Origin: an uncultured Desulfarculus sp.
GTDB lineage: Bacteria > Desulfobacterota > Desulfarculia > Desulfarculales > Desulfarculaceae
Assembly (NCBI GenBank): GCA_963665125.2
Contig: CAXXUK010000002.1
Span: 1,152,001 to 1,216,000 of the forward strand
DNA length: 64,000 nt
Reading direction: 5' to 3'
Position numbers and translations under genes: made by a program. Positions 38,170 to 49,812 of this stretch are shown here, piece by piece; position 1 is the first letter of the stretch; each line of letters begins with the position of its first letter. The notes beneath the pieces are model-generated. The model saw only the letters and a program-made list of their open reading frames with translations. It was not told the DNA's origin and ran no database searches.

Positions 38170-39348
38170 TTAGTCGGCTTGACGCCGCAGGAAGGTGGGC
38201 ACATCCAGGTCGGCCAAGTCTCGCATCGGGTTGCCTCGTTCAATCCTGGAGGTCGGTTGAGGCTGGGGATTGGCTGTGGAGCGCACATAGCGCGGCACAT
38301 TGAACTCACCGATCTCGGTGGGGTCCATGCCGCCGCCTACCGCGGTCTTCAGACGCACGGGCTCCGCACCCTGGGCCGAACATGATTCGCCGATGCCCGT
38401 GGCTATCACGGTCACGCGCATCCGGTCGCCCAGAGTGTCGTCTATTACCGTTCCCCAAATAATGTTCGCATCGTCGTGCGCCGCTTCCTGGATGAAGGTG
38501 CTGGCCTCGCTGATCTCGTCAATGGTGATATCGCTGGATGCGGTGATGTTGACCAGCACGCCCCTGGCGCCGTCGATGGTTATGTCCTCAAGTAGCGGGT
38601 TGTTGATGGCCCGGTTGGCCGCCTGCACGGCGCGGTCGTCGCCGCTGGCCTCGCCGGTGCCCATCAGGGCCACGCCCATTTCACTCATCACGGTTCGCAC
38701 GTCGGCAAAGTCGAGGTTGATCAGGCCGGGGGTCATGATCAGGTCGCTGATGCCGCGTACGGCGTATAAAAGCACTTCGTCGGCTTTTTTGAGCATGTCG
38801 GCGAAGCGGGCGTTCTTGGGCGCGAGGCTCCTGAGCCGGGTGTTGGGTATCACGATGAGGGTGTCGACGACTCTCTTGAGTTCCTCGATGCCTTCATCGG
38901 CCTGGCGCATGCGCTTTTTACCCTCGAAATCGAACGGCTTGGTGACGATGGCCACGGTCAGCGCGCCCATCTCCTTGGCCACTTCAGCCACTACTGGCGC
39001 CGCGCCGGTGCCCGTGCCGCCGCCAAGGCCCGCGGTGACAAAGACCATGTCGCTGCCCGAGAGCATGTCCTGGATCTTGTCGCGGTCTTCCAGGGCGGCC
39101 TGGCGGCCCACTTCCGGGTCGGCTCCCGCGCCCAGACCTCTGGTCAGGTTGCGGCCGATCTGCAGATGCACCCGCGAACGGCTTTTTTCCAGGGCTTGCA
39201 AATCGGTGTTGGCGACGATGAACTCCACGCCGCTGAGTCCGGCCTCGATCATGTTGTTGAGGGCGTTGCCGCCGCCACCGCCGATTCCGACGACTCTTAA
39301 CTTCGCACCTGAGTTCAGGCCTTCGACCATTTCGATTTCCATTGTCAT
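38170..39348 (-). CDS. ftsZ: Cell division protein FtsZ
   Basis: GIGGGGGNA, GLGAGADP, tubulin signature GGGTGTG, C-terminal LDVPTFLRRQAD. Start reassigned after GGAGG. Confidence 0.97.
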   Translation of the reverse strand: MTMEIEMVEGLNSGAKLRVVGIGGGGGNALNNMIEAGLSGVEFIVANTDLQALEKSRSRVHLQIGRNLTRGLGAGADPEVGRQAALEDRDKIQDMLSGSDMVFVTAGLGGGTGTGAAPVVAEVAKEMGALTVAIVTKPFDFEGKKRMRQADEGIEELKRVVDTLIVIPNTRLRSLAPKNARFADMLKKADEVLLYAVRGISDLIMTPGLINLDFADVRTVMSEMGVALMGTGEASGDDRAVQAANRAINNPLLEDITIDGARGVLVNITASSDITIDEISEASTFIQEAAHDDANIIWGTVIDDTLGDRMRVTVIATGIGESCSAQGAEPVRLKTAVGGGMDPTEIGEFNVPRYVRSTANPQPQPTSRIERGNPMRDLADLDVPTFLRRQAD

Positions 39349-39374
39349 TTTAAATACCTCCCGGGGTAAGGCGG

Positions 39375-40604
39375 TTATACTATATCCTTGAACCATCTCC
39401 GCATGCGGCCCGTGACACGGTTGAAAATGTTGGTGTCGCGGATGCGGAATTTTTCCTGATTGATGTTTTTCGCACCATAGAGCACCAAGCCCACGGCGGT
39501 TGAATACTTGGGGTTGCTGACCACGTCCGACAGACCGGCCACGCCCTTGGGGCTGCCCATGCGGGCGGGCATGTTGAAGATCTGCTCGGTCATTTCCACC
39601 AGGCCGGACAACTGGGCCGAGCCGCCGGTCAACACCACGCCGCCGGCGATCTGATCGGCCATGCCCGATCTTTCTATTTCCATCTGCAGCAGGGTCAGTA
39701 GTTCTTCGACCCTGGGCTCCAGTATCTCGGCCAGGATTCTGCGGTTGGCCCGCCGGTGTTGCCGACCGCCCACGCCGGGCACGCTGATCTGCTCCTCGCC
39801 GGGGACCCGCTCCACCAGGGCGCAGCCGAACGAGGTTTTCAGGTTTTCGGCGTCGGACATCGGCGTGCGCAGGCCCACGGCCAGGTCGGTGGTCAGATTT
39901 ATGCCGCCCAAGGCCAGCCCGGCGGTGTGCTTGATGGCGTCGCTGCTGAACACGGCCAGATCGGTTGTACCGCCGCCAAAGTCGATAAGCGCCACGCCCA
40001 GGCCCATTTCCTCTGGCGTGAGCACGGCCTCGGCACTGGCCAGGGACTGCAGGACGATGTCGGCCACGTCCAGGCCGGCCATGTTGCAGCACTTGATCAG
40101 GTTGTGGGCGCTGGCCACCGCGCCGGTGACCATGTGCACCTTTGATTCCAGGCGCACGCCGCTCATGCCCACCGGATCCTGAATGCCGCTCTGGCCGTCG
40201 AGGATGAATTCCTGGGGCAGGATGTGGATCACCTCGCGGTCGGTGGGAATGGCCACGGCCCTGGCCTGGTCGACCACCCGTTCCTTGTCTTTTTGGGTCA
40301 CCTCGCGGCCGCGGATGGCGATGACGCCGTGGCTGCTGAAGCCCTTGATGTGGCCTCCGGCGATACCGGTGATGACGCTTGTGATCTCGCAGCTGCTCAT
40401 CAACTCGGCCTCGGCAACGGCCTTTTTGATGCTTTCCACCGTGGTCTCGATATTGACCACCACGCCCTTGCGCAGGCCCTCCGAGGGATGACTGCCGGTG
40501 CCTAGAATCTCCACGACGCCGTCGCTCACCATGCCCACCACCGCGCATATCTTGGTGGTGCCGATGTCCAGACCGACGATTATTTCATCTTTGCGGCCCA
40601 TCAA
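39375..40604 (-). CDS. ftsA: Cell division protein FtsA
   Basis: GLDIGTTK, GLRKGVVVNI, DFGGGTTD, C-terminal amphipathic helix. Confidence 0.97.
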   Translation of the reverse strand: MMGRKDEIIVGLDIGTTKICAVVGMVSDGVVEILGTGSHPSEGLRKGVVVNIETTVESIKKAVAEAELMSSCEITSVITGIAGGHIKGFSSHGVIAIRGREVTQKDKERVVDQARAVAIPTDREVIHILPQEFILDGQSGIQDPVGMSGVRLESKVHMVTGAVASAHNLIKCCNMAGLDVADIVLQSLASAEAVLTPEEMGLGVALIDFGGGTTDLAVFSSDAIKHTAGLALGGINLTTDLAVGLRTPMSDAENLKTSFGCALVERVPGEEQISVPGVGGRQHRRANRRILAEILEPRVEELLTLLQMEIERSGMADQIAGGVVLTGGSAQLSGLVEMTEQIFNMPARMGSPKGVAGLSDVVSNPKYSTAVGLVLYGAKNINQEKFRIRDTNIFNRVTGRMRRWFKDIV

Positions 40605-41494
40605 TCCCCCCGCGCCAAACGGACAACCGCCCGGTTGTCATAATCCAGATCGATCAGCGTAGTGCGGTTAATTTCGTCCCTGGCTTCCAGGTCGGCGATC
40701 ACCGGAACCATTTGGCGCAGCTTGCGGCCATAATCATTGAAGCCCAGGCGTACTGTGGCGCCCAGCCCGTCGAAAACCAGGCTGATGCCCCATACACGGT
40801 CCAGATGGATTTCGCTGAGCCTTTTGCGGCCCGGCAGTCCGTTCTGGGGCATTATGGCCACCAGATTGGCCGCGTCACGCATCAACCCGCCGATCTCCTG
40901 ATCCGGCTGGACCAGATCCGCCTCGGTCAAGCCCGTGATCAGGGGCATATCCAAGCTGGGATCGGGCCCGGTCTGGGCAAAAGGCCTGAACTGGGCGTCC
41001 AGGCAGAAAATGCGCCCGCCGGCCATGGCCAGGACCCGGCATTCGCGCTCGACCACAGTGATGTTCACCGTGCGGGGCAGGCTGCGGCTGACTTCGGCCT
41101 TTTTGATCCACGGCAGGCGCTCGATGCGCTTTTCAATCTGGGAGGTGCGCATGACCAGCAGGTTGCTGTCGATACCGATGCCTGCGGCTCTGAGCACGTC
41201 CAGGCGGCACACACGCTCCAGGCCCGTTATCCTGGTTTGGCGCACGGCGAATGCCTGGCTGGTGCTGAGAATGCTCCAGCCGCCCAGCAGGGCTCCGGCG
41301 GTCAGGGCCATGACCATGACCTTGACCATGATCCGGCCAAAGGCCCGCGCCGCGCCGGTCAGGGCCTCACGACGCTTTTGACGGTTCTTGGGCCCACGGT
41401 TGACCTGCTGGTTACGCAGGCGCGATCCCACGCTGCGGCCCTGTTTGGGCTGGGCCGCTGTTTTCTGGCGGGGTTGTGCCTTGCGCTTAGCCAC
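40601..41494 (-). CDS. ftsQ: Cell division protein FtsQ/DivIB
   Basis: Basic N-terminus, transmembrane segment, POTRA motif LPWIKKAEVSRSLP, position in the dcw cluster. Confidence 0.88.
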   Translation of the reverse strand: MAKRKAQPRQKTAAQPKQGRSVGSRLRNQQVNRGPKNRQKRREALTGAARAFGRIMVKVMVMALTAGALLGGWSILSTSQAFAVRQTRITGLERVCRLDVLRAAGIGIDSNLLVMRTSQIEKRIERLPWIKKAEVSRSLPRTVNITVVERECRVLAMAGGRIFCLDAQFRPFAQTGPDPSLDMPLITGLTEADLVQPDQEIGGLMRDAANLVAIMPQNGLPGRKRLSEIHLDRVWGISLVFDGLGATVRLGFNDYGRKLRQMVPVIADLEARDEINRTTLIDLDYDNRAVVRLARGD

Positions 41495-42389
41495 CGATAC
41501 ACTCCACTTCCGGCTCCAGGCTCACGCCGAACATGTCGAGAACCTTTGACGAAGCCTTGCCCATCAGCCGTTTGATCTGCTCGGCCGTGGCGCCGCCGGT
41601 GTTCTCAATAAAATTGGCGTGCTTGGGGCTGATCATGGCTCGGCCTTCCATTAGGCCTTTCAAACCGGCCGCCTCGATGAGCCGTCCGGCGTAGTCGTCT
41701 TTGGGGTTCTTGAAAACGCTGCCGGCCGTGCGGGCCGCAAGGGGCTGGGCCGCCTTGCGTCTTCTCAAATATTCATTGCGGCGTCCGATTACCAGGCCCG
41801 GCGTTTCCTGCTCCAGTCGGAGCCTGACCTCCAGGACCACCGCCCCCTCGGGCATCTGCCTGGAGCGATAGCCATAGGGCAACTCGAAGCAGCCGAAATC
41901 CTTGGATTCGCCGCCCGGCAGCAACAAGGTAACCCTCTGACAGGCGGAGGCCATGTCCATGTCATAGGCCCCTGCGTTGCCGGCCACGGCCCCACCCACG
42001 GTGCAGGGGATGCCCACGGCCCATTCCAGGCCGCCGAGGCCGTATTCGGCGCAGCGCCTTACCGCTCGCGCCAGCGAGGCCCCGCCGCCGCAGGTGATGC
42101 TTGAGCCCGCGACTTTGATGCCGGCCAGATCGCCGCGCATCACGGCGATAACGCCTTTAAAGCCTTGGTCGGCGGCCAGCAGGTTCGAGCCTCGGCCGAT
42201 CACCTTGCAGGCCACTCCGGCCCGGCCGGTTACCTCGAAAAGCCAGATCAATTCATGGGCCGTATGGACTCGGCAAAGGCACCAGGCCGGACCGCCCACA
42301 CCCCAAGTGGTGTGACGGCTGAGGGGCTCGTCGAACAGGGCTCTTTGGCCCAACTTCGCGGCTATCTCCCTGCCCAGAGCCTGTTTCAT
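41487..42389 (-). CDS. murB: UDP-N-acetylenolpyruvoylglucosamine reductase
   Basis: HTTWGVGGPA, GRGSNLL, NAGAY, AGSVFKNP, HANFIEN. Confidence 0.95.
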   Translation of the reverse strand: MKQALGREIAAKLGQRALFDEPLSRHTTWGVGGPAWCLCRVHTAHELIWLFEVTGRAGVACKVIGRGSNLLAADQGFKGVIAVMRGDLAGIKVAGSSITCGGGASLARAVRRCAEYGLGGLEWAVGIPCTVGGAVAGNAGAYDMDMASACQRVTLLLPGGESKDFGCFELPYGYRSRQMPEGAVVLEVRLRLEQETPGLVIGRRNEYLRRRKAAQPLAARTAGSVFKNPKDDYAGRLIEAAGLKGLMEGRAMISPKHANFIENTGGATAEQIKRLMGKASSKVLDMFGVSLEPEVECIGG

Positions 42390-43758
<1,369 letters not shown>

Positions 43759-43766
<8 letters not shown>

Positions 43767-44862
43767 CGGCTCCCTCCTTCATGATTTCAAGGCAGCGCGC
43801 GGCAATGGCCGTGGCCGCCCGGGGCCTGGCCAGGGCCAGGGCGTTTTGCTCGATGACCTTCAGGGCCTCGGCGTTGCCGATGAACTCTTCGATGGACTGG
43901 GACGCCGCCTTGGCGTCGAAGCCAGCGTCGTCGATGAGCCTGGCCGCGTCCCGGGCCTTCAGGGCCTTGGCGTTTAGCATCTGGTGGTCGCCGGCCGCAT
44001 AGGGGTAGGGCACGGCCACGCAGGCTCGGCCCGTGGCCATTACTTCAGTGAGGGTCCCGGCTCCGGCCCGGCAGATGATCAGGTGGGCCCAGCCGTAGAG
44101 CTTGCCCACGTCCTGGAAAAAGGCCTTTACCTCGGCCTGGAAACCGGCCTTTGCATAGGCCTCGGCCACCCACTGTTCGTCGGAGACGCCGGTCTGATGC
44201 ACGAAACGCAGCTTGTTTTTGTAGTCTCCCAAAAGCTCCAGCGCGGCGGTGACACCCTTGTTGACGCTCTGGGCGCCCTGGCTGCCTCCCAGGATCAGCA
44301 CCCGGAATTCATCATCCGGTTGGGGCCGCTCAACGGCGGCGGCCTGTTCCAGAAGCTCGGCGCGCACCGGATTGCCCATGAGTTCGCATTTGGCTGCGGG
44401 CAGTTCCTTTTCCGCGCCGGGGAACGAGGTGAACACCACGTCGGCGAAGCGGCTGAGCACGCGGTTGGTCAGGCCCGGCGAGGCGTTTTGTTCCTGCACG
44501 GCCAGGGGCACGCCCTTGATCCGGGCGGCCAGGCCCAGAGGCAAGGCGGCGTATCCGCCCACGGCCAGCACCAGGCCGGGATTGTGGCGCTTGATCAGGC
44601 CCATGGCCCGCCAAACAGCCGGGGGCACCTGGGCCAGGGCCTTGAGGCGGCCCAGCACGCCGCGCCCGCGGAACGCGCTGGCCTTCAGTGGCTCCAGGGG
44701 CAGTCCGGCCCGGCGCAGGACATCGCTTTCCAGGGCCTTGCCCGCGCTGACAAAAGTCACCGGAATATCCGGGCGCAGACGGCGCAACTCACCAGCCACG
44801 GCCAGGCCGGGGAACAGGTGCCCGCCGGTGCCGCCACCGGCTATGAGAACCGCCGCGCTCAT
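43759..44862 (-). CDS. murG: Undecaprenyl-PP-MurNAc-pentapeptide GlcNAc transferase
   Basis: AGGGTGGHLFP, EQNA.PG.TNR, GNPVR, GGSQGA, CRAGA. Confidence 0.96.
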
Positions 44863-45995
44863 GCTTTTCGATCCCTGTGCGCCGACACCGAAAGCAGGAT
44901 ACCCACGCAAACGAAATTGGTGACCATTGACGAGCCGCCCGAACTGATGAACGGCAGGGTCAGGCCCGTGGTGGGCAGCGCTCCCATGACAACCCCGGCG
45001 TTGACAAAGGCCTGTAGGCCGATTATCAGGGTGGCCCCCATGGCCAGGTATGTGCCAAAGAGATCGCGTGCGCCCAGGGCCGTCTTGATGCCCCGCCAGA
45101 CCAGCAGCAGGAACAGGCTCAGCACCAGGGCCACTCCCCAGAGGCCGAGTTCCTCGCCCAGCACGCTGAAGATGAAATCCGTGTGCGGCTCGGGCAGGTA
45201 AAACAGCTTTTGCTTGGATGCGCCCAGCCCGGCTCCCATGGTGCCCCCCGAGCCGAAGGCCAGGAAGCTGTGCACGATCTGGAAGCCAGCGCCGTAGCGG
45301 TATTTCCAGGGGTCCAGAAAGACGGCCAGGCGCTGGAACCGGTAGGGGAAGGCCACGATAAGAGTGTAAACCACCGGGATGGCCGTGACCACCAAACCGC
45401 CGAGATAGAGCATGCGCACGCCCGCCACGAACATCATCACCAAACCGATGGTGAAGACCATCAGGCTCATGCCCAGGTCCGGCTGGGCCAGGATGGGCAG
45501 CACCAGGACAACGGACATGCCCAGGTGGGGCAGGAAACCCCTGCTGAAGGTCCGGATATTGTCGTGATGGGCCGAAAGCGAGTAAGCCATGTACATCATC
45601 AGGGCCAGCTTGGCCAGCTCCGAGGGCTGGATCGAAACACCGAACAGGCGCAGCCAGCGGGCAGCGCCGCCGGCCCTGTGGCCCAGGCCGGGGATCAATA
45701 CGGCCACCAACAGGATGAACACCAGGCCCAGGAAGGGATAGGCCCACCGCCGCAGCCGGTCGTATTCCATGCGGGCCAGGAAGATCATCAGGCCCAGGCC
45801 CACGCCGACATGTAGAAGCTGACGCTTGAAGAAATAAGCCGCGTCCATGTGCCGTTTGAGGGCCAGACTGCTGCTGGCCGAATAGACCATGACCAGGCCG
45901 ATTGCCGTCAGAGCCAATACGGCCAGAATCAGCCACGGATCGGAAAAACGCAGGCTCCAGGTCTTGGGAGCGGTTTTAACGGCTGCTTCAGCCAT
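44859..45995 (-). CDS. ftsW: Peptidoglycan polymerase FtsW
   Basis: MVYSASS, IQPSELAK, QPDLG, YLPEPHTDFIF, LPFISSGGSS. Confidence 0.96.
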   Translation of the reverse strand: MAEAAVKTAPKTWSLRFSDPWLILAVLALTAIGLVMVYSASSSLALKRHMDAAYFFKRQLLHVGVGLGLMIFLARMEYDRLRRWAYPFLGLVFILLVAVLIPGLGHRAGGAARWLRLFGVSIQPSELAKLALMMYMAYSLSAHHDNIRTFSRGFLPHLGMSVVLVLPILAQPDLGMSLMVFTIGLVMMFVAGVRMLYLGGLVVTAIPVVYTLIVAFPYRFQRLAVFLDPWKYRYGAGFQIVHSFLAFGSGGTMGAGLGASKQKLFYLPEPHTDFIFSVLGEELGLWGVALVLSLFLLLVWRGIKTALGARDLFGTYLAMGATLIIGLQAFVNAGVVMGALPTTGLTLPFISSGGSSMVTNFVCVGILLSVSAHRDRKA

Positions 45996-47331
45996 CGGCG
46001 CCCTCCAAGACGATTTTGCGGAAATGGTCGCCCCTGGCGGCGTAGCCGGTGTAGGCGTCGAAGCTGGCGCAGCCGGGCGAGAGCACGATGGCGTCGCCGG
46101 CCAAGGCCATTTTGCGGGCCATGGTCACCGCGCCGGGCAGATCAGCGGCGATCTGGCAGATGGCCATGCCGTTGATTTGTTTGGCTATGGACGGACCGGC
46201 CTCGCCAAAGCAGACCACGCCCCGCACCTTTTGCAACTGGGGTTGTAGTTCGGCGAAGATGCCGTCTTTGTCCCGGCCGCCCAGGAGCAAGACGGCGGTG
46301 CGGTCAAGGGCATCGATGGCGGCCTGGACCGCCCCCACGTTGGTGCCCTTGCTGTCGTCGTAATAGGCCACGCCGTCGATCTCGGTCACCAGGGCCAGGC
46401 GGTGGCCCAGGGGCTGCATTGTATCTATGGCCCGCTGCATGGCATGGGCCGAAACGCCGCAGGCGGCCACGGCCAGCCCGGCGGCCAGCATGTTGAGCAG
46501 ATTGAAATGGCCGGTCAGGGCGCTGTGGGACGGGTCCAGGATGATCGTGGCGCCGTTCAACAGGTCGAGCACCAGCCTGCCGCCGCTGATTCGGCCGCCT
46601 GGTATTGGCTTGTAATCTGCTCCATAGGGCGTCACCTTGGCCGGGGCCAGGCTGCTGCGGCGGGCCACCTCGGGGTCGTCGGCGCAGAGCACGGCCACGT
46701 CGCCGCCCCGCTGGTTGGCCAGCATGCTGAACTTGCTGGCGGCGTAGTCGTCAAAGCTTGCGTAGCGGTCCAGGTGGTCGGCGGTGATGTTCAATACCAC
46801 GCCGACCTTGGGCCGAAGGGTGGAGGCCGTGTCGGTTTGGAACGAGCTGACTTCCAACACCGCCCAGTCGGCGTCCTGGTCGCCGAGCACGTATTCGGCC
46901 AGGGGACGGCCCAGGTTGCCGCCCAGGAAGACCTTGTTGCCGGCGGCCTTGAGCATTTCGCCGATGAGCGTGGTCACAGTGGACTTGCCGTTGGTGCCGG
47001 TGATCATTACCGAAGGCGTTTGCAGGAAGCGGAAGGCCAGTTCCATTTCGCCGATGACTTCGGCACCGGATTCGGCGGCGGCCCTCACCTCGGGCAGACG
47101 GTGGTCCACGCCGGGGCTGAGCACCACCATGTCGGCGCCCCGGAAGTCGGAGATGTTGTGGCAGCCCAGGCGCATCACCGCGCCCTGGCTTTCCAGGCCC
47201 CTGGCGGCGGGCGGATCAGGGTTCTTGTCCGTGGCCAATACCCGGGCGCCGTGGGCCAGGCAGAGCCTGGCCGCGGCCACGCCGCTGGCCCCCAAACCCA
47301 CGATCAGAACTTTTTTGCCCGTCAGATCCAC
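45988..47331 (-). CDS. murD: UDP-N-acetylmuramoylalanine--D-glutamate ligase
   Basis: GLGASG, ITGTNGKST, EVSSFQ, DDSKGTN, SPGCASFD. Confidence 0.96.
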   Translation of the reverse strand: MDLTGKKVLIVGLGASGVAAARLCLAHGARVLATDKNPDPPAARGLESQGAVMRLGCHNISDFRGADMVVLSPGVDHRLPEVRAAAESGAEVIGEMELAFRFLQTPSVMITGTNGKSTVTTLIGEMLKAAGNKVFLGGNLGRPLAEYVLGDQDADWAVLEVSSFQTDTASTLRPKVGVVLNITADHLDRYASFDDYAASKFSMLANQRGGDVAVLCADDPEVARRSSLAPAKVTPYGADYKPIPGGRISGGRLVLDLLNGATIILDPSHSALTGHFNLLNMLAAGLAVAACGVSAHAMQRAIDTMQPLGHRLALVTEIDGVAYYDDSKGTNVGAVQAAIDALDRTAVLLLGGRDKDGIFAELQPQLQKVRGVVCFGEAGPSIAKQINGMAICQIAADLPGAVTMARKMALAGDAIVLSPGCASFDAYTGYAARGDHFRKIVLEGADG

Positions 47332-47335
47332 CAGC

Positions 47336-48418
47336 CTACCTCAACTTCAGGGTGCTAAGGGCCAAAAGGGCCAGGATGATCGCGATAATCCAAAAACGCA
47401 CGATGACCTTGGGCTCGGCCCAGCCCTTGAGTTCAAAATGGTGATGCAGCGGGGCCATGCGGAAGATGCGCTTGCCGCCGGTCATCTTGAAGAAACCCAC
47501 CTGCATGATCACACTGAGGGCCTCCACCACGAACAGGCCGCCCACCAGGGCTAGCAGGATTTCGTGCTTGGTGGCCAGGGCCACTATGCCCAGAGCCCCG
47601 CCCAGGGCCAGAGATCCGGTGTCGCCCATGAACACCTGGGCCGGATAGGCGTTGTACCAAAGAAAGCCCAGCACGGCTCCGGCCACGGCCCCGCAGAACA
47701 CCGTCAACTCGCCCACGCCCGGCACGAAGGTTATCTGTAAGTATTCTGCGCTCTTGGCGTTGCCCGACAGATAGCTGAGCACCAGGTAGGTGCCCATGGC
47801 GATGAGAATTGGTCCGGCGGCCAGGCCGTCCAGCCCGTCGGTGAGGTTGACCGCGTTGGAGGTGCCCACCAGGATGAACACGGCCAATAGCACGTAGCCC
47901 CAGCCCAGGTCCGGCACCACGAACTTCAAAAACGGCACCGACAACTGGGTGCTGTAGCCGGGGTGCAGGTACAGCGAAACAGCGGCGGCCAGGGACACCA
48001 CGGCCAGGGCTGTGAACTTCTTGCCGGCGCTCAGGCCGCCTTCGTTGCTCTTGCTGACCTTCTTGGACCAGTCGTCGCTGAAGCCCACGACGCCGAAACC
48101 GTAGGTTACGCCCATGGCCAGCCAGAGATAAAAATTGCCAAGGTCGGCCCATAGAAGGACTGAAACCAGCACCGACAATAGGATCAGGACGCCGCCCATG
48201 GTCGGGGTGCCGGCCTTGGCTTGATGACTTTCCGGGCCAAGTTTGCGGATATGCTGGCCAATTTGCAGCTCCTGCAACTTGGCGATAAGCCATGGGCCCA
48301 GGACCAAGGCGATAACCAGGGCCGTGACGGCCGCGTAGATCGTGCGGAAGGTGATATAGCGGAAGACGTTGAAGCCAACGAAAACGTCCCGCAGGGGATA
48401 TAGCAGATGATACAGCAT
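47336..48418 (-). CDS. mraY: Phospho-N-acetylmuramoyl-pentapeptide transferase
   Basis: [37 protein letters not shown]. Confidence 0.97.
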   Translation of the reverse strand: MLYHLLYPLRDVFVGFNVFRYITFRTIYAAVTALVIALVLGPWLIAKLQELQIGQHIRKLGPESHQAKAGTPTMGGVLILLSVLVSVLLWADLGNFYLWLAMGVTYGFGVVGFSDDWSKKVSKSNEGGLSAGKKFTALAVVSLAAAVSLYLHPGYSTQLSVPFLKFVVPDLGWGYVLLAVFILVGTSNAVNLTDGLDGLAAGPILIAMGTYLVLSYLSGNAKSAEYLQITFVPGVGELTVFCGAVAGAVLGFLWYNAYPAQVFMGDTGSLALGGALGIVALATKHEILLALVGGLFVVEALSVIMQVGFFKMTGGKRIFRMAPLHHHFELKGWAEPKVIVRFWIIAIILALLALSTLKLR

Positions 48419-49812
48419 CAGGCCTTCTCCCAATCGATCTCGGTCAGCCGTTTGACGACCAGCTCCATGTGCGAGGCGCGGGAGCCCTTGATCAAGACGG
48501 TCAGTCCGTCTCCCAGAATCTTGCGGCAGTCTTTGATCAGGCCGTCGATATTGCCGTAGGCCTTGGCGTATTTCTTGGACAGCCCGGCGTCCCTGGCTCC
48601 GGCCGCCACTTCCTCGGCCATTTGACCCAGGGCCAGGACGAATTTGCAGTTGTTGGCCACGGCCAGCTCGCCCACCTGCCGGTGAAGGGCCGCCGCGTCG
48701 GGCCCCAGTTCGCCCATGTCGCCCATGATCAGGCCGTGGCCCTTGCCCCACTTGGAGAGCACGGTCAGTGCCTGGAGCCCGGCGGCCACCGAGGCCGGAT
48801 TGGCGTTGTAGGTGTCATCGATCAAAAGCGGCCCGCCGGTGGTGAAGATGTTCTGCAGGCGGCCCTTGGGCGGGGCGAACTCCTCGATGCCCCGTTTGAT
48901 CTGTTCGTCGTCCAGGCCCAGGGCCAAGCCCACGGCCGCAGCGCCCAAGGCGTTGGATACGTTGTGCCGGCCCGGCGCGGCCAGGCGCACGCGCATGGGG
49001 GCGTACTGGCCGATCTCCATGGTAAAGGCCTGGCGGCTGCCAAAGGCCGAGACATCCCTGGCCATCACGTTGGCCTGGTTGCTGATGCCGAAGGTCGTCA
49101 CCCGGCAGGAGAGCTTACCCGCCCAGGTAGCCAGGCGGGGATCGTCGAGGTTGACCACGGCCACGGCCTCGGGGCCAAGGGCCTCGAAAAGCTCGGTCTT
49201 GGCCGCGGCGATGGCCTCCATGGAGCCGAGCATGCCTATATGGGCCGGGCCTACATTGGTGATCAGGCCAACGTCGGGTCTGGCTATTCCGGCCAGATAG
49301 GCAATCTCGCCGGGGGCGTTCATGCCCATCTCGGCCACGCAGGCCTGATGGTCCTCGGTCAGTTCCAGCAGGGTCAGGGGCAGGCCGATGTGGTTGTTGT
49401 AGTTGCCCCTGGTGGCCAGGACCTTGAAGCCCTCGGCCAAGACGGCTGCGGTCAGGTCCTTGGTGGTGGTCTTTCCGTTTGAGCCGGTTATGGCCACCAG
49501 CTTGACGCCCAGTTCCTCGCGCCAGGCCCGGGCCAGTTTGCCCAGGGCGGCGATGGTGTCGTCAACGGCCAACAGCGGCTCGCCGGAAAGCTGGAAATTC
49601 CGGCCGACCAGGGCGGCGGCCGCACCTGCGTCCAGGGCTTTTTGCACGAAATCATGGCCGTCAAAGTTTTCGCCCTTGATTGCCACGAAAAGTTGACCCG
49701 GTTTCAGGGTGCGGGTGTCGTGGCAGACGCCGGTCAAGACCGTGTCGCCCGCGATGGCCGCGGCCTGGGCGCCCGTGGCGCGTGCTATGAAATCTATGTT
49801 AAACGAGGCCAC
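48418..49812 (-). CDS. murF: UDP-MurNAc-tripeptide--D-Ala-D-Ala ligase
   Basis: [38 protein letters not shown]. Confidence 0.96.
   Translation of the reverse strand: MASFNIDFIARATGAQAAAIAGDTVLTGVCHDTRTLKPGQLFVAIKGENFDGHDFVQKALDAGAAAALVGRNFQLSGEPLLAVDDTIAALGKLARAWREELGVKLVAITGSNGKTTTKDLTAAVLAEGFKVLATRGNYNNHIGLPLTLLELTEDHQACVAEMGMNAPGEIAYLAGIARPDVGLITNVGPAHIGMLGSMEAIAAAKTELFEALGPEAVAVVNLDDPRLATWAGKLSCRVTTFGISNQANVMARDVSAFGSRQAFTMEIGQYAPMRVRLAAPGRHNVSNALGAAAVGLALGLDDEQIKRGIEEFAPPKGRLQNIFTTGGPLLIDDTYNANPASVAAGLQALTVLSKWGKGHGLIMGDMGELGPDAAALHRQVGELAVANNCKFVLALGQMAEEVAAGARDAGLSKKYAKAYGNIDGLIKDCRKILGDGLTVLIKGSRASHMELVVKRLTEIDWEKA

Noticed and set aside
39349..40548. Apparent 792-aa FtsZ, and similarly extended MurG (to 45936) and MraY (to 48751)
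   Set aside because: The extensions are off-frame shadows of ftsA, ftsW and murF, low-complexity and Arg/Gly/Pro-rich; real starts lie downstream.
41487..41494. Absence of ddl between murB and ftsQ
   Set aside because: ddl is often located outside the dcw cluster, so this is not unusual.
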